Shown here: positions 16,809-25,527 of the stretch, piece after piece
How positions within the stretch are numbered: the first letter of the stretch is position 1
Layout: every line of letters starts with the position of its first letter
DNA from: a virus
Lineage: Duplodnaviria; Caudoviricetes
Length of the DNA stretch: 57,413 bases
Direction: 5' to 3' (one strand)
IMG/VR virus record: IMGVR_UViG_3300032116_000239
Span: 1 to 57,413 of that record
The notes under the pieces: generated by a model
The model's database searches: none
What the model saw: the letters and a program-made list of their open reading frames with translations, nothing else
What the model was told of the DNA's origin: nothing
Made by a program: the position numbers and the translations under genes

Positions 16809-19162
16809 CGGTGAGCAGGTTCGGCGTGCTGGGCCCGAAGTTGCACCGGGCCGGCTGGGATGTCATCCCGATCCCCGACGGAGAGAAGAGGCCGGCGTTC
16901 AAGCGCTGGCAGCACGGGCTGTCCACCGAGCAGGTGGACCACTACGCCGCGAACGGCTACGCCCGCGGCTCGGTGGGGCTGCTGGCGCGCGGGTTCCCCG
17001 CGGTGGACGTCGACGTGCTCGACGCCGAGTGCGCCCTGGCGGTGCAGGCGCTGGCGCTTGAGGTGCTGGGCGACGCGCCCGTGCGCGTGGGCAAGCCGCC
17101 GAAGCGGCTGCTGATGTACCGCTGCGACACGGCGTTCGCCAAGGTGAAGGTGAACCTGGCCGGCCCCGGCGAGGCCACTGGCATCGTCGAGGTGCTCAGC
17201 GATGGCCAGCAGTACCTGATCTACGGGCGCCACCCGGAGGGCCACGAGTACGAGTGGGTGCGCGGCGCCGGGCCCGGCGACGACTGCGATGTGTGGCAGC
17301 TCACGGCGATCGACCAGGCCGCGGTGAGCCGCCTGGTGCAGCGCCTGAGCGAGCCTGGCGCGCTGCCGCAGGGCTGGAGCGTGGTGGGCGGCCGGCAGGG
17401 CGCGGCAGGGCAGGGCGGTGTGGCGGAGAGCGGGGAGGGCGGCGACGCCTTCGCCCTGCTGAAGGCGCCGCTGGAGGGCTGGCCGCTGGAGCGGGTGGTG
17501 ACGCAGGTCCTGCCCCACCTGGACCCGAACATGCTGAACGATCAGTGGGCTGTGGTGGGGATGGCGCTGCACCACCAGGGGCAGGGCGATGAGGAGTGGC
17601 TGCAGGCATGGGATGAGTGGTCCCAGCCGGGCCACACCTGGGTGGAGGGCGAGTGCGCCTACCGCTGGGGCTCGTTCAAGGACGCGCTTGGCCGAGGCGC
17701 CGGCGGGGTCACGCTTGCCACCTTGCTGAAGTGGAGCAAGGAGGCCCGGGAGAAGGCCGAGCGCGAGGGCCGCCACGCCCTGCTGCAGGAGCTGCAGGCC
17801 CTGGTGGCCGGCGTGCAGGACGCGCAGGACCTGCCGGAGAAGATCGCCCCACGCATCGCCCAGCAGTCAGCGCTGAACGAACTGGAGCGCGAGCAGCTCG
17901 CGGTGGCGATCCGCCAGCGCACGCAGGAGCTCACCGGGGTGCGCCTGCAGATCGGCGCCGTGCGCAGCTGGCTGCGGCCCAAAACCAGCTCGGCGTTCGC
18001 CCATGTCAACGACGAGGGCCACCCCCTGTGCACGTTGGAGAACATGCGCCAACTGCTGAGCCAGCTGCACTGGCGCGTGCGCTACAACGTGATCAAGAAG
18101 GCGATCGAGATTTTGATTCCCGGCCAGGGGTTCTCCCGCGACAACCGCGACAACGCCGCGATCGCCTGCGTGCTGTCTGAGTGCGAGAAGGCACGCATGC
18201 CGACGAAGCATGTGGCGCAGTACCTGATCCGCATCGCCGACGAGAACCAGTTCAACCCCGTGGCGGTCTGGGTGGAGTCCAAGCCGTGGGACGGGGTGTC
18301 GCGCCTGGAGGACTTCTACGCCACCGTGCGGGCCACCGCCGACAGCGACGCCATGAAGAAGCGACTGCTGCGCAAGTGGCTGATCCAGTCCGTGGCCGCG
18401 GCGTTCAGCCCCGACGGCATCGCCACCCAAGGCATCCTGACCTTTGTCGGGCCGCAGAACATCGGCAAGACCACCTGGTTCCAGCGGCTGGCGCCGCCGG
18501 AGCTCGATGTGGTGCTGACCGGGCACACGCTGGACACCAAGAGCAAGGACAGCATCTTCGTCGCGCTGTCGTTCTGGCTGGTGGAGCTGGGCGAGGTGGA
18601 CGCGACCATGCGCAAGAGCGACATATCGGCTCTGAAGTCATTCATCACGCAACCTCACGACAAGATCCGGCGACCGTACGCAGCGACGGAAAGTAGCTTT
18701 GGACGCAGGACGGCGTTTGGCGCAACCGTGAACGACGAACAGTATCTGCACGACCCAACCGGCAACCGCAGGTTCTGGACGATCGAGGTGGAGAGCTTCG
18801 ACCTGGACCGCACGATCGACATGCAGCAGCTGTGGGCTGAGGTGTTGGGCCTGTACCAGGCCGGGGAGCGGTGGTTCCTGGACCACGCGGAGGTGACGGA
18901 GCTGAACGCGCACAACGACGACTTCACGGTCCAGGACCCGATCGAGGAGCGCATCGCGGGCGCTTTTGACTGGTCCACAGACGGCCCTTGGCGATGGGTG
19001 ACGGCCACAGAAGTGCTGATGATGGTGGGCGTTTCGGACCCATCGCGCTACCAAGCGATCAGTGCTGGCCGGGCGATCAAGCGGCTCAACAAAAATCAGC
19101 GAAAAAAGAGCAATGGCCGCGTGATTTTTGCGATCCCAGCCGCGGAGGCGTTTTTAGGGTAA
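16805..19162 (+). CDS. Primase-helicase: Prim-Pol + PriCT-2 + VirE/VapE ATPase
   Basis: GWDVIPI..EKRP, AVDVD, GRHP; W..VGMALH...WDEWS; Walker A GPQNIGKTT; RRPY; DPTGNRRFW. Confidence 0.9.
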   Translation: MTVSRFGVLGPKLHRAGWDVIPIPDGEKRPAFKRWQHGLSTEQVDHYAANGYARGSVGLLARGFPAVDVDVLDAECALAVQALALEVLGDAPVRVGKPPKRLLMYRCDTAFAKVKVNLAGPGEATGIVEVLSDGQQYLIYGRHPEGHEYEWVRGAGPGDDCDVWQLTAIDQAAVSRLVQRLSEPGALPQGWSVVGGRQGAAGQGGVAESGEGGDAFALLKAPLEGWPLERVVTQVLPHLDPNMLNDQWAVVGMALHHQGQGDEEWLQAWDEWSQPGHTWVEGECAYRWGSFKDALGRGAGGVTLATLLKWSKEAREKAEREGRHALLQELQALVAGVQDAQDLPEKIAPRIAQQSALNELEREQLAVAIRQRTQELTGVRLQIGAVRSWLRPKTSSAFAHVNDEGHPLCTLENMRQLLSQLHWRVRYNVIKKAIEILIPGQGFSRDNRDNAAIACVLSECEKARMPTKHVAQYLIRIADENQFNPVAVWVESKPWDGVSRLEDFYATVRATADSDAMKKRLLRKWLIQSVAAAFSPDGIATQGILTFVGPQNIGKTTWFQRLAPPELDVVLTGHTLDTKSKDSIFVALSFWLVELGEVDATMRKSDISALKSFITQPHDKIRRPYAATESSFGRRTAFGATVNDEQYLHDPTGNRRFWTIEVESFDLDRTIDMQQLWAEVLGLYQAGERWFLDHAEVTELNAHNDDFTVQDPIEERIAGAFDWSTDGPWRWVTATEVLMMVGVSDPSRYQAISAGRAIKRLNKNQRKKSNGRVIFAIPAAEAFLG

Positions 19163-19372
19163 GAGGGCAAAGGAAAGCGGTCTATTGCCCTGACCCTTTA
19201 CCCTCACCTAAGTCCTTGATCTTCAACAAGAAAACACTAAAGGGTAATAGAGGGTAATAGATCTCTAATACAACATTGGGGTAAGTATATAGTAAGTAGT
19301 GCTTACTATATATATCCCCTAGAGATATAGTCTTCTAAGTACATTCCCCTCCTATGCCCTTTACCCTGCACC
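19156..19372. other. Putative replication origin (AT-rich, iteron-like repeats)
   Basis: AGGG(T/C)AA direct and inverted copies, a 27-bp palindrome at 19286-19312 and a near-IHF site at 19209-19221, directly after the primase-helicase. Confidence 0.6.
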
Positions 19373-19642
19373 ATGCTTGAGCGAGAAGTTGAGCGTCATT
19401 TGGTTGAGCGGGTCCGTGCGGCCGGCGGTATGGCGCTGAAATGGGTCAGCCCGGCTAACGCAGGGGTGCCCGACCGCGTGTGCTTCCTGCCCGGCGGGCG
19501 GGTGGTGTTCGTGGAGCTCAAACGGCCGGGTGGGCAGTTGAGGCCGCTGCAGGAGCGGGTGATCGGGATGCTGAGGCGGCTGGGTGCGGAAGTCCACGTC
19601 GTGGACAGCAAGGAAGGTGTGGATGAGGTTCTTGCCGCGTGA
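19373..19642 (+). CDS. VRR-NUC nuclease
   Basis: EREVE...GVPDR...FVELKRPGG...Q. Confidence 0.9.
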   Translation: MLEREVERHLVERVRAAGGMALKWVSPANAGVPDRVCFLPGGRVVFVELKRPGGQLRPLQERVIGMLRRLGAEVHVVDSKEGVDEVLAA

Positions 19643-20972
19643 GGTGCAGCGCATCGCCATTGAGCGGGTGCTGAGCGCCAAGGAGCAGCTGATCGCGCTG
19701 CGCATGGGTGCGGGCAAGTCAGCGGTGGTGCTCACGGCGCTGCAGGAGCTGCTGCACGACCGGTTCGAGGTGGGTCGATGCCTGATCGTGGCGCCCAAGC
19801 GGGTGGCCGAGCTCGTGTGGGCGCAGGAATGCGCGAAGTGGGATCACACCCGGGGCTTGCGGGTTGAGCGCGTGTTGGGCACCCGGGAGCAGCGCGTGGC
19901 CGCGTTGGCACGGCCAGCGGATGTGCATGTGATCAACGTCGAGAACTTCTGCTGGTTGGTGGAGCTGGTGGAGGAGAGCGGCGAGGCCTGGCCGTGGGAC
20001 ATGGTGGTGATCGATGAGAACCGCGGCGTGAAGGACCGGGCCAGCAAGACCTGGAAGGCCTTCAAGCGGGTGCGCGATCAGATCCAACGGCTGTACCTGC
20101 TGACTGGCACGCCCACGCCCAACGGGTTGTTAGAGCTTTGGGCGCAGGTGAGCCTGCTGGACCGTGGGCAGCGGCTGGGCCGGAGCCTGACGGCGTACCG
20201 GGACAGGTGGTTCCAGCCGGACAAGCGCAACGGCATGGTGGTCTACACCTGGAAGCTGAGGCCGGGCGCGGAGCAGGAGATCCACGAGGCGGTGTCGGAC
20301 GTGATGCTGAGCCTGGACAGCGACGCGCGGATGCCGGAGCGGATCGACAACATCGTGCCGGTGGCGTTCGACATGCGGCGCTACCGGGAGCTGGAGCGCA
20401 CCTTGGTGAGCGGGGCCGTCACAGCGCCGTCAGCGGGCGTGCTGGCGGGCAAGCTGGCGCAGATGGCCAACGGGGCGGTGTATGACGACGTGGGCGGCGT
20501 GGAGCACGTCCACGACGCGAAGCTGGAGGCGCTGCGCGAGATCGTCGAGCAGGGCGAGCCGGTGCTGTGCCTGACGACGTTCAGGCATGACACAGCGAGA
20601 ATCCGGCACGCCTTCCCACAGGCCCGGGAATTCGACGGCGAGCGGTCGCTGCGGGATTGGCAGGCGGGCAAGGTGCCGTTGCTGCTGATGCACCCGGCCA
20701 GCGGCGGCCACGGGGTCGACGGGCTGCAGCTGGGTGGGCGCGTGGCGGTGTGGTGGGGTCTGCCGTTCAGCCTGGACCTGTACGAGCAGGCCAACGCCCG
20801 GCTGCACCGGCCAGGCCAGAGCCGCGGGGTGGTGATCCACCACTTGGTGGCGCAGGGCACGATCGATGAGCGGGTGATGGCCGTCCTGGCGGCCAAGGGC
20901 GACGTGCAGCAGGCGCTGCTGGACGCGGTCAAGGGTTTGCAGCAAGGGCAGAACGCGGGGGTTACAGCATGA
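19623..20972 (+). CDS. SNF2-like SF2 helicase
   Basis: MGAGKS, VVIDE, LTGTP, HPASGGHG, QANARLHRPGQ. Confidence 0.9.
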   Translation: MRFLPREVQRIAIERVLSAKEQLIALRMGAGKSAVVLTALQELLHDRFEVGRCLIVAPKRVAELVWAQECAKWDHTRGLRVERVLGTREQRVAALARPADVHVINVENFCWLVELVEESGEAWPWDMVVIDENRGVKDRASKTWKAFKRVRDQIQRLYLLTGTPTPNGLLELWAQVSLLDRGQRLGRSLTAYRDRWFQPDKRNGMVVYTWKLRPGAEQEIHEAVSDVMLSLDSDARMPERIDNIVPVAFDMRRYRELERTLVSGAVTAPSAGVLAGKLAQMANGAVYDDVGGVEHVHDAKLEALREIVEQGEPVLCLTTFRHDTARIRHAFPQAREFDGERSLRDWQAGKVPLLLMHPASGGHGVDGLQLGGRVAVWWGLPFSLDLYEQANARLHRPGQSRGVVIHHLVAQGTIDERVMAVLAAKGDVQQALLDAVKGLQQGQNAGVTA

Positions 20973-21460
20973 GGCGAGAGCGGATCGACCAGGCGCAGGG
21001 CTCGCGCCACCTGGAGGAGGCACCGATCGAGGAGATCGGCGACGTGGACGTGCTGAGGGCCATGGGCATGGCCGCGCAGCGCCAGCCGCTGGGGGTGAGC
21101 CTGTGGAGGCTGCGCTACAGCCGCGCGAGAAGCGAGCTGGCCACGGTGCTGGAGGGCCTGACCGCGTGGGCGTGCCGTAACGGGACGGACCCCGAGCTGG
21201 TGCCGCCCGTGCTGGCGCACTGGCTGCAGGACGTGTGCCGGGTCTGCGAGGGCCGCGGGTACGCGGTGGTGGACGGCACGCCGATGCTGTCAGACGTGCC
21301 GTGCGGTGCGTGCGGGGGAAGCGGCAGGGCCCCGCTGCCGGTGGCCGGGGCGCAGGCTGCGGCGCTGCTGGAGCACATCGCCAGCCTGGAGCGGCTGGCG
21401 GCGGCGGACATCATGCGGCGCCTGAGCCTGCAGCTGGCGGACCTGGACGGCCCGGGCTGA
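20969..21460 (+). CDS. Zinc-finger protein, putative Q-like late antiterminator/activator
   Basis: CRVCEGRG and CGACGGSG; last gene of the rightward early operon. Confidence 0.55.
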   Translation: MRRERIDQAQGSRHLEEAPIEEIGDVDVLRAMGMAAQRQPLGVSLWRLRYSRARSELATVLEGLTAWACRNGTDPELVPPVLAHWLQDVCRVCEGRGYAVVDGTPMLSDVPCGACGGSGRAPLPVAGAQAAALLEHIASLERLAAADIMRRLSLQLADLDGPG

Positions 21461-21478
21461 GCTGCAGGCCGGCGGGCG

Positions 21479-21907
21479 TCAGGCCCGATCGGGCAGGCGC
21501 TGGCCGCAGCAGGGGCAGCGGGCCTTGGTGTCGCGAGCGATGGCCGCGTAAACCGCGCTGGAGCTGATTCCCAGCCTTTCAGCGGCCTGCATGGGCCCCA
21601 CCCCTTGGCTGACCAGTTCCAGCGCCTTCTGCGTGCGGCTGAGGGGCTCGCCGGGGCGGGCCTGGGCAGCGGTAGCGCGTGCGGCGGCTTCAGGCGTGGG
21701 CCTGGGGCGCCTGTAGAGCGCCACGGCGCCAGGCGGCAGGGGTACGGGCGTGCGGGGGAAGGACAGGCAGCGCAAGGGCCCGTCGGGCAGGGCACGGGTC
21801 GCGACCAGCACCGTCCGGGGAGCGGACGCCACTGTGGCCTCGATGCCGGCGCGCACCTTGTCGGACCAGGGCAGCGCCAGGAAATCGGCAAGCGGGGATG
21901 GGTTCAT
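21479..21907 (-). CDS. HTH + zinc-knuckle protein
   Basis: AAERLGISSSAVY HTH; CPCCGQ. Confidence 0.65.
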   Translation of the reverse strand: MNPSPLADFLALPWSDKVRAGIEATVASAPRTVLVATRALPDGPLRCLSFPRTPVPLPPGAVALYRRPRPTPEAAARATAAQARPGEPLSRTQKALELVSQGVGPMQAAERLGISSSAVYAAIARDTKARCPCCGQRLPDRA

Positions 21908-22128
21908 GGCTGGACCTCCGCCACCGGTGGCCGGTGTTTGGCCGCCCAGCGACGGTCGGCGGGCACGGCGGGGTAGATCCACAGGGGCTTGTCACCGGTC
22001 AGCACCTGCACCAGGACGTGCGAGACCTGGCCTTGGGCGTCCAGCACCACGCCGGCCGCGTAGGCCTCACCCCGGCGGATGAGGTCCACCGCCCGGGGGC
22101 GTTTTGCGGGGATGGCGGTTTGGATCAT
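21904..22128 (-). CDS. Hypothetical protein
   Basis: ATGA overlaps and a GAGG RBS. Confidence 0.55.
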   Translation of the reverse strand: MIQTAIPAKRPRAVDLIRRGEAYAAGVVLDAQGQVSHVLVQVLTGDKPLWIYPAVPADRRWAAKHRPPVAEVQP

Positions 22129-22502
22129 GCGGTCACCTCTTCGGCAGAGTCGGCAGCAACCCACACCCAGGCTTGAACCCAGGCCCCGTCGTCGGCTTCA
22201 GACACAACGGCGTTGTCGTCGATGTCGATTTCATCGCATACGTACTGGCGGATTGCTTTTTCGACCAAAGCGGGGTTGGTGTTGTCGGCTGTCGTGTCTT
22301 TTTGGGCGGGGGTCAGGGCGTAGATGAGCGAGACCAAGGCGGATGTGGCGGCTTCGATTTCTTCCTGTTCGTCGGCCAGATCGGACACCTCGGTCCAATC
22401 GGCTTGTTCCAACCAAGCCCTCTTGTCGGACAGGCCGGCGTCCGCGTAGTCGCGCAGGAGGGCCCACTGGGATTCGGGCAGGGTGATGGTGAGCATGGTC
22501 AT
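22125..22502 (-). CDS. Acidic hypothetical protein
   Basis: 125 aa, GGAG RBS; EIDIDDNAVVS...GAWVQAWVWV motif. Confidence 0.7.
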   Translation of the reverse strand: MTMLTITLPESQWALLRDYADAGLSDKRAWLEQADWTEVSDLADEQEEIEAATSALVSLIYALTPAQKDTTADNTNPALVEKAIRQYVCDEIDIDDNAVVSEADDGAWVQAWVWVAADSAEEVTA

Positions 22503-22518
22503 GGTGTCAGTCTCCGGG

Positions 22519-22608
22519 TCAGATGAAAGCGGCCACGAGCAGGGCCAGGGCTAAGCCGTAGGCCACGGCGAAGGCGGCATCACGCCAGGTCAGGGGTTGG
22601 CCGTGCAT
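22519..22608 (-). CDS. Small membrane peptide (29 aa)
   Basis: MHGQPLTWRDAAFAVAYGLALALLVAAFI with a GGAGG RBS; read manually. Confidence 0.5.
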   Translation of the reverse strand: MHGQPLTWRDAAFAVAYGLALALLVAAFI

Positions 22609-22611
22609 GGT

Positions 22612-23037
22612 TCAGGCCTCCACGCGGAACAGGGGGCCGCTGATGCACCAGGCGCGGCTGTCTTCGTAGCCGGGCAGGGCGCGGATGGCGGACTGGCTGA
22701 TGGCCGCGATGATGGCGAAGGCCTCGGTCGACTCCCAGTCGTCGGTCTCGCAGGCCTGGTATCCGTAGCCGTGACAGCCCTTGATCACGTCAATGGGGTT
22801 GAGCACGTTCGAGACGTACTGGAACTTGAAGCCGTGCGCCGGGTCGGCTTCGTTGTAGCGGTGGTTCACGCTGCGCACGTTTTGCGCGTACAGCACGGAG
22901 GCGATGCGCTTCTCATCGCCGCGCAGGTCGCGACGGCGGCCGCCCCAGTAGTAGCTGACAGCGCTCAAGCCGTGGCGGTCGCGGGCCCAGCTAACGAGGG
23001 CGTTGATGTGGAAGTCGGGTACGAGGTATGCGGACAT
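22612..23037 (-). CDS. Conserved hypothetical phage protein
   Basis: MSAY....HI..L, N..SV..RY, YQACE..DW motifs; GGAG RBS. Confidence 0.75.
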   Translation of the reverse strand: MSAYLVPDFHINALVSWARDRHGLSAVSYYWGGRRRDLRGDEKRIASVLYAQNVRSVNHRYNEADPAHGFKFQYVSNVLNPIDVIKGCHGYGYQACETDDWESTEAFAIIAAISQSAIRALPGYEDSRAWCISGPLFRVEA

Positions 23038-23123
23038 GGTCAGAGTCTCCAGTGCAGGCATCCGGCCTGCGACGGTGTGTCGACGACACTCCCAGGCCGC
23101 CCGTGGGCGGCTAGGGGCTGGCG

Positions 23124-23351
23124 TCAGCGGGTGGTGTAGGCCTTGAGGTAGCCGTCGGGCGTGTTGACGATGAGGCCGTCGCTGAGCAGTTGACTCAGGG
23201 CGGTGTTGATGCTGATGTCGTCTGCGTAGCCGTTGGCTGCGCACACCCGTCGGATGTCGGGCATGCGGGGGCAGGCGCCGTCGTCCAGGTAGTCGAGGAT
23301 CACACCAGCGTTGAAGGCGGCGGCCTTGAGCAGGGCGGGGTAGTAGGCCAT
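23124..23351 (-). CDS. Small winged-helix-like protein
   Basis: INTALSQLLSDGLI...GY; GGAG RBS. Confidence 0.55.
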   Translation of the reverse strand: MAYYPALLKAAAFNAGVILDYLDDGACPRMPDIRRVCAANGYADDISINTALSQLLSDGLIVNTPDGYLKAYTTR

Positions 23352-23367
23352 GGTGTCGGGCTCCGGG

Positions 23368-23595
23368 TTAGGCGGTGCGAAGGCTGCGGACCACGTCCGT
23401 GGCCAGGTCGCGCAGGGCTGACAGGCACTCGGCGTGCGACAGGCCGGCGGCCTGCATGTTGCGCATGGCCGCCTGGATCGCCAGGGCGGCGGGTGAGCCT
23501 TCCCCGGCCTCGTAGGTGCCGCCAGTGCGGCGGGCGCGTTCAGCGGCAACGAAGTGCTGGCGGACGGTCATCAGCAGGTGTGCGGTGGTGGTCAT
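23368..23595 (-). CDS. Hypothetical protein
   Basis: 75 aa with an AAGGA RBS. Confidence 0.6.
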   Translation of the reverse strand: MTTTAHLLMTVRQHFVAAERARRTGGTYEAGEGSPAALAIQAAMRNMQAAGLSHAECLSALRDLATDVVRSLRTA

Positions 23596-23607
23596 GGTGT
23601 GGTCCTT

Positions 23608-23826
23608 TCAAAAGCGGGTCGGGGTGTTGGCAACGGGCTCGTGCGGCGCGTAGTCCCGCAGGATTTGCTTGGCACGGGCAACCCGTGGGTCACGTTCCAT
23701 GGTCGGGTTGAGCGCTGCGTAAGCCGTCAGGGCCTCAAGGGTGCGCAGGATGTCGGCCACGTTGGGAAGGGCGACGTTGTTCAGGTGTGCCGATGCGTCG
23801 GCGATGGCGTCAAGTGTTGCGGTCAT
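23608..23826 (-). CDS. Hypothetical protein
   Basis: 72 aa with a GGAGG RBS. Confidence 0.6.
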   Translation of the reverse strand: MTATLDAIADASAHLNNVALPNVADILRTLEALTAYAALNPTMERDPRVARAKQILRDYAPHEPVANTPTRF

Positions 23827-23829
23827 GGT

Positions 23830-24057
23830 TCAGGCCTCCGTGGTAGCGCGGGCCACAACCAAGCGGGCGGTGCCGCCCAGGCGCAGGGTCAGCAGCAGCA
23901 CGTCGGCGCCGTGAGTGGTGTTGCGCTCTACGTCAGCCCAGCCCAGCTCTTCCAGCTTGCGGGCCGCCTTTTCTTGCTGAGGGCCGAAGGCGGCGGCGCA
24001 GCCGTAGCGGATCAGGGTGTCCAGCAGGTTGATCGCCGTGGTGTTCAGGTTGGTCAT
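23830..24057 (-). CDS. Hypothetical protein
   Basis: AAGGA RBS; first gene after the leftward promoter. Confidence 0.6.
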   Translation of the reverse strand: MTNLNTTAINLLDTLIRYGCAAAFGPQQEKAARKLEELGWADVERNTTHGADVLLLTLRLGGTARLVVARATTEA

Positions 24058-24103
24058 GTCGTCTGTCCTTGTCTGCTGCAGCAACCGGCTGCTCGGTGAC
24101 GAC

Positions 24104-24132
24104 AGTGTAAGCACAGCTATCGGCTGTTGGAA
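24104..24132 (-). promoter_or_regulatory. Putative leftward early promoter with operator
   Basis: TTCCAA-17-TACACT; GTAAG-CACAG-CTATC at 24107-24121. Confidence 0.55.
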
Positions 24133-24301
24133 TGAAAAATTTTGACGACAGCGCGGCTAAACGTTCAAACGGATTGAACGGTCACGCTTGGCCGTTCAAA
24201 GCCTGCAAAAGTGATAGATCTGATACTTCAAACTGATAGATGTGATGCACTTGACAGCCGGCGAGCCCTGCCCGAAACTCTTTGCGCGCCTAAGTGCGTC
24301 C

Positions 24302-24328
24302 AAAAACCCCGCAGCCTGCGGGGTTTTT
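24302..24328. terminator. Bidirectional intrinsic terminator
   Basis: AAAAACCCCGCA-GCC-TGCGGGGTTTTT. Confidence 0.75.
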
Positions 24329-24820
24329 CACTTGTGCGCTGCCCCGGCCTGCGGGCCCGATCAGCGCACCACCAGCCCAGCACGTCACCAGCCTGGCAGC
24401 CTCAGCGCTGTACCAGGCCGGCCGCGTGCTGCCTGCTCCAGAACTGTAGCCAGCAAGCGCCCGCTCCCTAGGTGGAGGGGTGCTGATTCGTGTCCTGATG
24501 CAGGCACCCGAACGGTGCTGCAGGGCTGGCAGGGCCTGGCTGCAGGGCACGGCGCTGGGCAGGCAGGGCAGGGGTGGAAAGAAAATCGACCCCCACCCCC
24601 GGGGTCTTTTTTCTGGTGGTGATTCCCGGACCCCCGGTACACCCCCGCTTTCGAGTTGGGGCCCCCGGAGCTATAGGTACCTACCCAATCCACGAGCCGG
24701 GCCATCCAGCCAACACACTTCCTATGCAACTACCTACAAGTTGTATAGGAGGTGTGTAGGTAGACACGTAAACAACGTGCAAACCGACAACGTAAATGCG
24801 CAAATCAGCGTAAGAGCCAC

Positions 24821-25078
24821 ATGCAAAACTACAGCGTCCCTACCCCTTCACGTAACCCCTCACGCAACGCAGGAGCTCCCATGAAAGCAGTCTCTGGTCC
24901 TTTCGCACTCAACGCTGGCAAGCAAGTCGGCGGCAACGCCATGCAGGGCAAAGGTGACTTGCCGGCCAAGGTCAGCGTGCCGATGCCCGGCACCAACGCC
25001 ACTCAGCCTGCCTACAAGGGCGGCATGAAGAGCTCTGTCCCCGGATTCGGCGGTGGAGTCATCCCGGGGAAGATCTGA
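24821..25078 (+). CDS. Small Gly/Pro-rich hypothetical protein
   Basis: Coupled to terS (TGATG). Alternative start at 24881 has an AGGAG RBS. Confidence 0.6.
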   Translation: MQNYSVPTPSRNPSRNAGAPMKAVSGPFALNAGKQVGGNAMQGKGDLPAKVSVPMPGTNATQPAYKGGMKSSVPGFGGGVIPGKI

Positions 25079-25527
25079 TGGCCAAGCAATTCGCCGACCT
25101 TGCAGGCGAAGTCCCCAAGCTGGCCACCGCCGCGGACATCTACCCTGAGATCCAGGGTCGGACGCGGCCGACCAAGCACGCGCAGGATGTGCGGGCCAAA
25201 TCGCCGGGCAAGATCAACCTGAAGCACGTCGCAGAGGCGTGCGCAGACGCTGGTCTCGATCCCGCGGCCGAGATCTTGCGCGTGCTCACGGAGCGCGTGC
25301 CGGTGCTCGACCGCTCCGGCCAGCCTGTGCTGGACCCCAACACCGGCGAGCCCATGACTGTGGACCGGGTGGACCCTGACACCAGGCTGCGCACGCTCAA
25401 CGAATTGCTCCAGTACACGCAACCGAAGCTGAAGGCGGTGGAGGTGAAGGTCAACGGCAATCTGGAGCTCAGCGGCGACCAGCTCGATCAGCGGCTGGCA
25501 TCGCTTATCGCGAAGGCGGCCAAGTGA
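25078..25527 (+). CDS. terS: Probable terminase small subunit
   Basis: Immediately upstream of terL; GLDP..E...ELLQYTQPKLKAVEV motif. Confidence 0.65.
   Translation: MAKQFADLAGEVPKLATAADIYPEIQGRTRPTKHAQDVRAKSPGKINLKHVAEACADAGLDPAAEILRVLTERVPVLDRSGQPVLDPNTGEPMTVDRVDPDTRLRTLNELLQYTQPKLKAVEVKVNGNLELSGDQLDQRLASLIAKAAK

Noticed and set aside
24211-24884. ORFs in the control region
   Set aside because: Mutually overlapping, no RBS or motifs, and the region is rich in regulatory-type structures.
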